Positions 47,001-58,500 of a DNA stretch of 64,000 bases are shown one piece after another; positions within the stretch are counted from its first letter, which is position 1, and every line of letters begins with the position of its first letter. The position numbers were made by a program, and so were the translations under genes. The notes under the pieces were generated by a model. That model worked only from the letters and a program-made list of their open reading frames with translations, was not told the DNA's origin and made no database searches. Source of the stretch: Anthoceros angustus. Lineage: Eukaryota; Plantae; Anthocerotophyta. The stretch covers positions 446,369-510,368 of the forward strand of contig MU008178.1 of the NCBI GenBank assembly GCA_010909165.1, in the 5' to 3' direction.

Positions 47001-48728
47001 GGCAGACTGGCTGGGTTCGGTGAGTAGTTTTCTTTTTGAGTCTTACTCATGTCTTTGGGAAATAGTCTTGGGTCCATCATGCACGTGCGCTCAGTTCAGT
47101 GGCGGTCTCTGCTCAATGATGTTGCTTATTGGCGTACGCCATGCTCAAGTCCTCAGCTGGTTCCAGTCTCACCTTCTCTACAGGGTGTGAAGTTTAACTA
47201 TTTTGCTTTTGTTTTACAGGATGTAGCTGTGAAGATTTTGATTGAGCAAGATTTGGGGGAGGAGCGGCTGAAGGAGTTCCTGAGGGAGGTGCGGACTTCA
47301 AGATGCAATGTCTTACTACCCTGTGCAGTGTTGCTCAGTCTTGCATACTCTGTTTGCTCATTGGCATAAACCCTTTTCTCGCTTTTTGGATGTCCAGGTT
47401 GCTATATTGAAGCGGTTGCGCCATCCGAATGTTGTTCTGTTTATGGGTGTGATTACACAGCCTCCACATCTTTCGATAGTAACTGAATATTTGCCCAGGT
47501 ATTGTACCATATAGTTAAATTTTCTTTCTTCAGTTGTGAATCTGAGAAACTCAACTGGCTTATTGTCACTTCTTGTTTGCACTTATTTTTTGTGTGTGTA
47601 TTGTCACTTATTGTCACTTAATTGTTTTGGGTCATGCAGAGGTAGCCTTTTTAAGATTTTGCATCGTCCTGCTTTGAGAGTTCTGCTAGATGAGAAAAAG
47701 CGAATAAGAATGGCACTTGATGTGGTAAGCTTGAAAGGCCTTTTTTCACAATGCCTGTCTTTGCTTGTTATCGATCAGATACTGATACAAATATTGTCAT
47801 TCAGTCAAAGGGGATGAACTACCTGCACCGCAGCAATCCTCCAATCGTGCATCGCGATCTGAAGACTCCAAATCTGCTTGTAGACAAAAATTGGACAGTC
47901 AAGGTACATCCCTCGGTTCAAGTGTTGTCCTGGATGGGGCCTTGGGCTTATCTGGTGCCATAGCTGGTTTGACGCTTGAAGTTTGGTTTATGCATTGGTA
48001 GGCAGTAGCTTTTCCCTTGCACCTGATAGCTTTGTATTTTCAGGTTTGCGATTTTGGTCTGTCACGGTTCAAAGGGAGCACTTTCCTTTCATCCCGATCA
48101 GGAGCTGGCACGGTGAGAGTTGATGATGCAGTTTACTTTGTGGGAACCTGGCTGTTTGTGCTGGACTTGGTCCTTTCAACTTGCTGCGCCTAAACTTGGT
48201 TCTTCCTACTTCCTGCTCACATCACTGTTGGGTGATCTGATTCAGCCTGAGTGGATGGCACCTGAAGTTCTTCGGGATGAATAAATCAAATGATTGTTAT
48301 AGCTTGGGGTGTTTGTGAGCTAGTGACACAAGTGCCTTGAATGGATTGTCCTCCTGCAGGTCAGTTTCTGCTGCCCCGAATCCGACCAGGTGGTCTGGTT
48401 TATGATGCTGCAAGGAGGACACGTCAGTGAACTGTGAATGCACAGGTAGTGGTTTTGGGCAGACGACTTAACCTGCAACATCCCTGAAATTGTGCTTACA
48501 GTCAGCGCTGGCTGTGTACTTGTTGTTTGTAGTGCAGGCTCATGGACATGTGTGAAGTTGCATATGGAGTGATAATCTTGCGGCTGATTTTTCACTACAG
48601 AGAATGACTGCAGATCTCAAAATGCCCCTGATCTCACTGAAATGCGCTGTGCTGCAGGATAAGCAAAGCGTATCAGGAATATTATGCAGCATCTGAAGCC
48701 TCTAGAGATTGACGGATTGAGTTCATGA
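44049..48728 (+). CDS. CTR1: CTR1-like B3 Raf-like MAPKKK; final exons after ~48281 corrupted
   Basis: [14 protein letters not shown] start; [19 protein letters not shown]; [19 protein letters not shown] (CN box); GSFGTV.RADW.GSDVAVK; [26 protein letters not shown]; [12 protein letters not shown]. Confidence 0.9.
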
Positions 48729-51615
48729 GACGGCACTGGCGCTTGTCTTTATTCTTTGATACCTGCGCATCCTTGTACCGAAGAAGTTCGAGGTATGGAC
48801 GTCATTAGTTCTTTGTGGAAAACGAACGTTGCAGCAACGGTGCGTTGTCTGTCCCTGTCACCCGTGGAGTGTTGTGGAGTTGGTCCTTTTCTAACCTGAC
48901 TGTTGGTTGTGTGTGTTTGTGAGAGGACACGTCCATGTCACCATGCTCTTTATGGGAGGTTTTGTGACGAAAACTAATTCAGATGACTAGGGTGCCTGGC
49001 AAAGGCATGACTCACCTCTAGAATCCATCTTCGCTGTTGTAGCGCAATGGCTGATTGTGATGTCTGACGTACGAGTGTCAGCTGAATCAGCGTTGGAGGT
49101 GAAATCCTGTTGCCCACAGCACTGGACTTGTCAGGAGTAGATTTAACTCCTCTCCTGTTTCGCTTAACATTTACTGTGTTACTACCGGGAAATAAATTTG
49201 ACGTTACTGGTGCCTTCTCATCAACCGATACCCTCCGGTCTCTCACGCTGTGGCGGGTAACACCTGGCGCGATGGTTTGCAAGCGAAGCTGAGGAAGTGG
49301 TATTTTCAGTCAGCAGCTGATCCCACTGATGGTGTTGGAGTACTTGCTGAGATATGAGGAGCGAAGCCAGGGAATGCTGGGAAGTGATTTCAGTCTCCAT
49401 CAACGCTCTCTGGACCAAGGAAGTGATCTCTGTCTCCATCAGGGGCTTCTATGAAGCGCTGCTCGCTTTTGTCCGGTAATCATCGTCTCGCATTTAGCCA
49501 AAGCGTTAATTGAACCTTCTCTCTGTCGTTGAGGGCTTGAGTAGGAAAGAGGATGCAATCCTGGATGATCGTGTTGTGTGAGATTGTCTCATCTATTTAT
49601 GTGAGCCAGGAGGGAGGAATGCATTTTACTGCTACCTACCTATGTAAGCGTTTTGTGCAAGATTAAAGTGAAAGGGGCGTTCAAGAACTGGGGCCCAAGG
49701 CGTCCCTTGCAGATGTGTCCTTGCTGTTATGTCAAGTGGTTAAGCAGAATCATATGGGGTGTGTGTTTGGCAGGTGGGTTGGCTGGTGAAGCGATTCCAT
49801 CATGCAAGCATGCTCAAACTGTGAGGGAGATTGACTGGCTACATATCTCAATTTGACCCATGTTTGGAGGGTCAGATTCCTTGTCCGTAAGCAAGTACCC
49901 TGGGCCCCTTGGGTCCCTCCCTTCCTCTTTCCCTGTCCCGCGGCCTGCCCGCTGGCGCTGATGAAAGTCCTTGCCATGTAGTTACGGTTATAAGAGGAAG
50001 TGGTATTGTCGCACAGCACCTCTGGCATGGATCCGGACCCACTTGGAAGTTGTGTGCATCTGGTGCTGCTCATTTATTAGATTCGGACGGTGCAAGAAAG
50101 AGTTCCTAAGCTTGACGCAATCACGCAGAAGCGGTGCGGTGCTGATCGCAGGGGCCAGATCCAAGACGGGCGGTTATGAAGGAGGCAAGCTCCTGTCTGC
50201 TGGGCCATAGTTAAACGTCGGGTATCGCATCCCGCATAACACGTGGTGCAGAGCTTGGAGATTCCCGAGGCCGGTCCCAGGCCCAGTTTACTTGCGATAT
50301 CTGGCCAGATGATATAACCTCGGGCAATGGGCAACGACAAAGCTCGGAGTCCAGGCAGCCAGTGACTCCCTGCTTTCCACATTATAAGCTTTGTGCCCAG
50401 CTGCCCCAAACATCACATACATCTACTGTAGAGTGTAGACCAGTCCGTGTTGGACAAGCCACCCCTCTGGTTTGCTGCAGATTTTGAGGCCACCAGATTC
50501 AGCCTGGCGGTGGATTCTCCCACCGGGAGATAAGGACATTTGACGTCACAAAACAAGAGAAACCAGCGTGGGCGGGCCTGCTGCGAGTATGAAGGAGTAC
50601 AGACTCTGGGGACCTGGTCCCCACATGTCAAAAAGGCCCTGGGGAAGTGTGCCAGCTTTCTTTCCACCTCCCGCCTGCCCACTGACCACTGCCCAGCCTG
50701 CCTGCTGCCACCGCTCCTTCCTACATACATACAACCGGGTCCCAACCTTCGATTCTCTGTTGCTTGTGCTCCAAACTTACTGCTTCCCCGATCCCGGAAA
50801 TGCTGTGTGTGGCTGTGTGCTGGATGCTGCATGAAATCAATCTCGGGGCACAGCACATGGTCGGTATGTAGGTTTGTCCATGTCCAGATACCCTGCGCGA
50901 AGGGTGTTCTACATCTTGTGCAATCTATCCACTATCATGTACAACACATAATGACTTTGACTGTAGTCCAGCTCAATAGTAATTCCTAGTACATTTATGT
51001 ACACTTAGCTTCTGTTCTCCTCTTGGCTGTATTTATGGGCAACTCTTAATGAATTATATGACATGGATCAATATAAGCTACTATGAACCATTTAACATCT
51101 TCTCACAAACATGTGATAGTGCACCTCTTCCTCTTGCAAATGTCCGAGTTGTCTGATATTATATGGTGTACGTGGAGACTTTATGTAAAAAATAGAGATA
51201 GGAAATCCCATCTACCCCTAGAAAAAAGGGGGCATAACCCAACGAAGAGCACCAAGCCAAGGGGGCTAACCCTCGCTATCGCTCATCTCGAAACTACCTA
51301 CATCTCGAAGAATTTCATGGTCAGGGATATGAAACAGCCTACCTACCACAAGGGCCGAAGATGCCGCATCCCCAATGCATGCCGCTTTCTTATGCACCGT
51401 GTTCGCCAACACCCTCTGCAAGGCGATGAACATCCATTGCATGAAGAAAGCCACAATACAAGAAAGGGGAGACTAACCCCATTCTTGCGATTGTGGTAAG
51501 CCTTTGCACAAGCTTTGACAAACCTAGAGAAATCCTTCCCATGGCCCTGTGAGTCTCGATGACAAGGGGGTGAAGGTGTGGCTACTTGCATGAGAGAGTA
51601 CTTGTAAACCTTTAC

Positions 51616-51784
51616 TGTCGCGCTATTCATTATGTGCGGAAGACCTCTCACACAACCATAAGTGCAAGAGACAATGAATGAATTAATAACACCAAAATTA
51701 TTCTTATATACAAAGTATGTATCGTTAACCCTAAATTAAATAACCGAGGTAGGTTAAACATATATAATCCTAACACTCCCACTT
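51616..51784 (-). mobile_element. 3' LTR (to 51775; left edge approximate) and PPT of Copia-like element G
   Basis: TAACA|CTCCCACTT is identical to the PPT/LTR junction of B; GCGGAA near the left end as in LTRs B and C. Confidence 0.65.
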
Positions 51785-52011
51785 AACCTATCGAGTTTAA
51801 TTTGGCGTGTCAGGCATTAAGGGCACTTTAGCCAGGTTCACCTCGTGAATGATGATTCCACTCCTCTCCACACAGCATGAAAGGCATGAGCTCAACTCTT
51901 GCGTGCAACGCCCGCATTGTAACTGTGAAGATGGAGCTCTAGACAACATATGTTCTGGCAATCACAACCATCATAATCACCGCAGCCCTAGCAGCCGCGG
52001 CCGCAGCAGCT

Positions 52012-52395
52012 ATGGTGCGGACGCAAAATCACGGATTGAGTAGCCAAAAGCGACCCAGGGAGACTCCATATGAGACGGTAAGCAAGAAACTCCCACTCAC
52101 CACGGAGCTCAGCGAAGAGTCATACATCCACACCAAGCACAAGATGGAGAAGGAAGAGACACACCCTGCGACTCCGCTGGAATGTCCAAAGTGCACAATG
52201 GCCGATAGAAATATATCCTGCAGTCTTCACGACATACTCCTCAAGTGTGATGAACTGAAGGCAACACTATCGGCAGCACGGGCAAGGACGTATGAGTTGG
52301 AGGAGCTGCTATTGCACAGGCCCAAACCGGATGAACCTAGAAGGCCCCTAACCGATGTGGAGTGCACGACCATTGTGGAAGAGCTAATGCTGTAG
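52012..52395 (+). CDS. Antisense ORF near the PPT of G (CxxC plus coiled coil)
   Basis: LECPKCTM...LLKCDELKATLSAARARTYELEELL. Confidence 0.35.
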   Translation: MVRTQNHGLSSQKRPRETPYETVSKKLPLTTELSEESYIHTKHKMEKEETHPATPLECPKCTMADRNISCSLHDILLKCDELKATLSAARARTYELEELLLHRPKPDEPRRPLTDVECTTIVEELML

Positions 52396-52397
52396 GG

Positions 52398-53510
52398 CTA
52401 CATGGATAAGATGGACAGAGGAAAGCCATGTAGTCCACTCATTAACAAGATAGACCATTGAGGCTCAAAAGGTAAACTGCCCACTATTGCTTCTAGAAGA
52501 TGATGCCTGTTGTGGACGTACTTTCGCTGGCGGACCAGCCGGGCACACTCTATATCCCGTAGCATGTAGTATATGGCTCGATCCCAAGGAAATGTATCGT
52601 GCCTTACCGTTAGCCTACTAATTCTAACTACTTCGAGGGTTTCCGTCTGGTTCGTATCAATGTTTACGAACGTACCCCTAGCCACTAGACTCGGACTCCA
52701 GCGGTGGAGTGTTCAGCGGACCGCAGCCCTCGGGGTGCTACTCACGGTGCTATCCCAAAGTCGCATGGCCGCATGGGTCCATCACCAGGCGAGGCCAGCG
52801 ACCGGGGTCCGCAGGTGCATCCATGTAGCTAATCTCGCCTTGTACCAGAAGAAATACCTGGGGGACAACCCGACCCGCTTAATGAATTGGACCACTTTGC
52901 GGGTCACCTGTTGCAGCACTAACCGTCTAAGGTTACAACTTCTAGTTAGTCCAAACCCCCACCCAAATCTTGTACTGCGCACTGTCTTCCCTCTCATTCC
53001 TACCGTGTTCCATAACAAGTTCTACGGGCGAGGTCCGGTGCTACGAGACGTTTAAAGACTCATCCACGTCCTCAGCTAGCCTCTGCTAAGCATCTATGCC
53101 ACACTACCTTTGTCTTCACTCCTCACCCGTTTCCACGTCTCTGAGTCCGCTCAGCGTGTGTCTTCACGCTCTAGAAGGCGGCGCCGCTGCCTCCGCGGCA
53201 GCCACGCACAAGCCGAGCCCCGGGCTCTTCGCTATAAATTACGACTCGTCACCAAATAATGCTCCAAAGACAATTATCCTCCATCCCGCTCGCAATGAGC
53301 AAGGATCAAGGCTCTTCGGTACCTACAACCACACCACCACGCGTTAAGGCTCGTCACCAGAGCCAGGATGATCCTCTCATGGGTAGTCCGCCCGCTCAGT
53401 TACTCGGGCAACGCATTCACACTCTCTCAACAGAACTCCGTGCAACAATGCGGAATCAACCCCAAAAGAAAAATCACACTACAGGGACAACAAGCCCCCC
53501 TTTATACAGC
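52398..53510 (-). pseudogene. Decayed ORF plus TATA region, apparently homologous to the ORF at 60333
   Basis: QRLAEDV / RSTRF / CNLRRLVLQQV versus QQLDEDL / RDTRI / CVMSSIVMKRI; shared GTATAAAGGGG..CTTG.TTGT promoter motif at ~53485-53508 (minus) and 56133/59253 (plus). Confidence 0.4.
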
Positions 53511-53529
53511 TCCAAAGCCTGTACCTTTA

Positions 53530-54486
53530 TTACAACCCTTAGCTGGCCCTCCTGCTAGCTACCTGCACACGCGGGAGGGATACCAATCCTTTGCTCATAT
53601 CTACCTACACCTATGGCGGTTGGGCTACTGACCACGTTTGACCCCTCCACCTGGCAGACCAATACCTAATCCTGACGTTGAAAGGGCGCCAAGCCTAATT
53701 ATTCTCGACCCCTGCCTTTCGGCAAGAGTTCGGGCATCGACCCGACCAGAATTGGGTCTCTCCCCAGGGCCTGCGTTGACAACTGAGGTCACCATAGTGT
53801 CCTCCTCCGCTTCTACTAACAAGAGAACTGGATTTCGGGGATCCTCTCCCTGTCTTCTGGTAGGCCCCACCTCCTTTTGTCCAGGCCGAGGAGGGTCCGA
53901 AGCTACTTTGACGTCCTGGGTCTGCTGGGGCGGGTCTTCAGGCCCTCCCTGGTCTATCTCTGGTTCTAGAAAGTGGACTTCCTTCGTCCCATGGTGGTCC
54001 TCCTTCGCTCCCGGCCCCGCATCTTTCCGGACTACCCTCACAGCCATCCTGATCCGCTGCGGGTCCAGGGAGCATACCTGAATGTTATCCGGAGCTGAAC
54101 GTCCCGCTATGTTCCGCTCCTCTGTGCGCCCCTCCGAATAGGGCGTGGAGATTCGTTGTGGCTGCTGTATCCTCTAGCTCTTCCTCACCCGCCTCCTCAC
54201 TCCACATGCACCCTTAGCACGCAGACTCCCGCTTCTATTGGTGCTCCGGCGTGCATGTTCCCGGCTGCTGCTTTCACCACCTAGCCCTTCTAGCCTTGCC
54301 CGAGATGCATCCTGGGAGGCGCTTAGGGAGGCCTCCGTCAGTTCCTGGAGCCTCTACCTCTCATTGGCCCACTCCCTCTCCTGCTCAATCTTGAGGGCCC
54401 CCAATTGTGCTGTCAAGAGGCATACTTGGCCCTCCACCCGGCGTAGCTCGACAATCTGTCGGCCCTCCTCCGCCTGATTAACGAGA
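53530..54486 (-). mobile_element. Family-D C-terminal fragment (repeated at ~56650-57590)
   Basis: LQELTEASLSASQDA..ARLEGLGGE...EHARLPEHQ aligns with QEVTEASLVASRDSARLQLTNLAGE...HAQLPEHQ at 601-912. Confidence 0.75.
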
Positions 54487-54739
54487 TGTAGGACAGATGT
54501 AGATCAATTACCAATTAAGTAATTACATATATCATTGAGTATCAAGAAAGGCTTAAGTGCTTATGTATGAAAAGACAATATCTAAAACTTAAAAAACATA
54601 ACTGTTGGCTAAGGGTAGTAACCCTAATGAACGGGTACTTCATATATTGTTATTTCTGCTACCCTTATAATTGCACTATATAATTAATGCTGACCTAATT
54701 CACGGATATGCTCAACACTATCCTTTAACACTCCCACTT
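54487..54739 (-). mobile_element. 3' LTR (to 54730) and PPT of Copia-like element H (repeated at ~57592-57839)
   Basis: AT-rich TG...TTAACA block followed by CTCCCACTT. Confidence 0.7.
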
Positions 54740-55386
54740 GGTGATCATATCGGAAGTGAATTCTCAGTCCTACCTTCGGCCTTCAGTCCTTCTCTGTGAC
54801 CCTCGCTTGCAACTCCAGCAATGGACTGCGAGTGTCTTGTGTCCAGTTGCTCTACGCCCCAAACCTCCCTCATTCGGTACTTTATGAAGCATGCTCACGA
54901 AAAGCCGCTTGAGACTAGGTGCGCTTATATCTCTCCTTGCCCTGCTTACACTAAGCATTATCACGAGAGCGTCGAGAGTAAATCAGAAACGATCCGTATT
55001 GGAAACTCCACTGATTGTGTTTTTAGTGATTTTTTGTTTTGTTTTTTTTTTTTGTTAAATTTGGTGTCAAGAAGAGCTAGGTTGTCAGTAGGAAGGGATA
55101 TTTATAGTAGAAAGTGTCCTTGGCCTATGAGTTTTGGGGTTGTTTTTTCTGGGTTAAATAATAATTGGTCCTTGGACTAGGGACTCGATACTCCTTGGCT
55201 TTTCGTCTCGGAATATCTAATAAAAAAGGCCTATATATGGGGGGAGGGTGGTCCTCATATTTGGCAGAGGTTGCTAAGTCCATAGGCTAGTGGTCGAACC
55301 ATCCGGGGCGGTAGTTGATTGCTGTGTGGTCATTGACTGGGGTGTGCGGTAGCTTTATTCCAAAGACGGTAGGCGAACTAGACGGC

Positions 55387-55511
55387 GTCGCGGAAGGAGA
55401 AGTGGTCGCGAAGGAGAAGTGGTCGTGGAAGGAGAAGTGGTCGCGGAAGGAGAAGTGGTCGCGGAAGGAGAAGTGGTCGGAAGGAGAAGTGGTCGCGGAA
55501 GGAGAAGTGGT
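55387..55511. repeat. 18-bp tandem repeat GCGGAAGGAGAAGTGGTC, about 7 copies (also 58496-58615)
   Basis: Directly visible. Confidence 0.95.
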
Positions 55512-58500
55512 GGGCCGGCCGTGTAGGGGAATTCGGGAAATATAACCTTAAGGGAACTCGAAAGGCACCAGGGCGGCCGAGATGGCTCGCAGTTCGACAA
55601 GGCATGAGCTCGGCACGAGGCTGTGAAGGCGAGCCACGGTGGCGTGAGGAAGTGGAGTGGGTAGGAACCTTGGGTTCACCAAATTGAGATTCCGAGGCTA
55701 TCAGCAATTCAAGGCGCCGTGGGCAGTGAGGTTTCTGCAGGAGCATGGCGCCCAGGGCCGTAGCGGAAATTTCGACTGCCTAATGGCCCAATATGGACCA
55801 TTGGAGGGTCAGAGCTGGAGAATTGGTGAGGGAGCTGGGACTTGGGTTCATGGAAAAACGGTGGAGAGTTTATGGGAGGATTTACCAGACCAGTAACGAG
55901 GAAGGAGGGCCCATGGATTCAACAGCAGAGGACGAAGGGCCAGGCGACCAAATCGGAGGAGGGCGGAGATAACATGGGCAGGGAGTAGTGGCATCCTAGG
56001 AATAGAACTTTGGATAGGATGAGGTAGGATGCCATCCTAGACCTAAGGCCGTCCGAAATTGTAGGGGCGCTTCTTCGCGTTCAGCCATTTTTAGGACCTG
56101 GAAAGTCTGGTGGCTATGACGCCCCAGCAATTGTATAAAGGGGCTTGGTTGTGCCCCTCACATCAGATAATTCCTGCTTGAGATCCCCACGCTGCTTGTG
56201 GCTGATTGGAGACGTCCGATTGTGAGAGGTGGTGTGCGCGAGCGCTCTAGGGTGGTCGAGAGCTCGCAACCATGGGGGGGGGGTGATAGAGGTTCCTCGA
56301 CAAAGGAGGAGGAAATCGAGGGATTGGCGCGGGCGGGTCTGGAGCTTGCTCGTCGCTTGTGGCCGAGAATTCTTCTTTCCTTACCCTTTTCCATTGGTTG
56401 TATTCAAATTGAGAGAGAGTGTGTGTGTGTGTGTGGGTGGAAGCACGAGAGAGAGAGAGAGAGAGAAGATTGGGTGAAGGAGTGGTGACCTGCAGCGATC
56501 ACGGTGTGAGGCTATGAGGAGGAGTTGAGAAGGAGAACTAATTGAGAAACTAGCGAGAGATTTGTGTGGATCCAAGAGAATTCAAACCGGTGCTATTGGT
56601 AGGAGTGTGCACAGAGGAAACAACATTCCTTGTGGAATTGTGTGAGGGTTATTACAACCCTTAGGCCCTCACCGCTTCTACACCTGCGGAGGGATACCAA
56701 TCCTTTGCTCATATCTACCTACACCTATGGCGGTTGGGCTCACACCACGTTTGACCCCTCCACCGCGACCAATACCTAATCCCGGCGTTGAAAGGCGCCA
56801 AGCCTAATCTCGACCCACCTTTGGCAGAGTTCGCATCGACCCGACGGTGGGTCTCTCCCGGGCTGCGTTGACAACGAGGTCACCATAGTGTCCTCCTCCG
56901 CTTCTACTAACAAGAGAACTGGATTTCGGGGATCCTCTCCCTGTCTTCTGGTAGGCCCCACCTCCTTTTGTCCAGGCCGAGGAGGGTCCGAAGCTACTTT
57001 GACGTCACAGGTGCAAGGCGGGTCTTCAGGCCCTCCCTGGTCTATCTCTGGTTCTAGAAAGTGGACTTCCTTCGTCCCCATGGTCGGTCCTCCCTTCGCT
57101 CCGGTCCTGTACTCCTTTCCAGACTACCCTCCCCCTGGCCATCCTGATCCGCTGCGGGTCCAGGGAGCATACCTGAATGTTATCCGGAGCTGAACGTCCC
57201 GCTATGTTCCGCTCCTCTGTGCGCCCCTCCGAATAGGGCGTGGAGATTCGTTGTGGCTGCTGTATCCTCTAGCTCTTCCTCACCTGTCAGCTCCTCCGAC
57301 TCCACATGCACCCTTAGCACGCAGTACTCCCGCTTCTATTGGTGCTCCGGCAGGCGTGCATGTTCCCCGGCTCGTTGTGCCGTTTCACCACCTAGCCCTT
57401 CTAGCCTTGCCCGAGCTGCATCCTGGGAGGCGCTTAGGGAGGCCTCCGTCAGTTCCTGGAGCCTCTACCTCTCATTGGCCCACTCCCTCTCCTGCTCAAT
57501 CTTGAGGGCCCCACCAGTCGCCAAGAGGCATACTTGGCCTCCACCGGGCGTAGCTCGACAATCTCGGCCCTCCTCCGCCCGATTAACGAGATGTGGGGAT
57601 GATGTAGATCAATTACCAATTAAGTAATTACATATATCATTGAGTATCAAGAAAGGCTTAAGTGCTTATGTATGAAAAGACAATATCTAAAACTTAAAAA
57701 CATAATCATTGGCTAAGGGTAGTAACCCTAATGAACGGGTACTTCATATATTGTTATTTCACCCTTATAATTGCACTATATAATTAATGCTGACCTAATT
57801 CACGGATATGCTCAACACTATCCTTTAACACTCCCACTTGGTGATCATATCGGAAGTGAATTCTCAGTCCTACCTTCGGCCTTCAGTCCTTCTCTGTGAC
57901 CCTCGCTTGCAACTCCAGCAATGGACTGCGAGTGTCTTGTGTCCAGTTGCTCTACGCCCCAAACCTCCCTCATTCGGTACTTTATGAAGCATGCTCACGA
58001 AAAGCCAGTTGAGACTAGGTGCGCTATATCTCTCCTTGCCCTGTTTACACTAAGCATTATCGCCAGAGAGCGTCTGGAGAGTAACTGTAAACGATCTGGT
58101 ATTGGAAACTCCCTGTTGGATTGTGTTTTTTAGTGATTTTTTGTTTTGTTTTTTTTTTTTGTTAAATTTGGTGTCAAGAAGAGCTAGGTTGTCAGTAGGA
58201 AGGGATATTTATAGTAGAAAGTGTCCTTGGCCTATGAGTTTTGGGGTTGTTTTTCCGGGTTAAATAATAATTGGTCCTTGGACTAGGGACTCGATACTCC
58301 TTGGCTTTTCGTCTCGGAATATCTAATAAAAAAGGCCTATATATGGGGGGAGGGTGGTCCTCATATTTGGCAGAGGTTGCTAAGTCCATAGGCTAGTGGT
58401 CGAACCATCCGGGGCGGTAGTTGATTGCTGTGTGGTCATTGACTGGGGTGTGCGGTAGCTTTATTCCAAAGACGGTAGGCGAACTAGACGGGCAGTCGCG

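Noticed and set aside
48730-51600. Short ORFs downstream of the CTR1-like gene
   Set aside because: No recognisable motifs or consistent exon chain.
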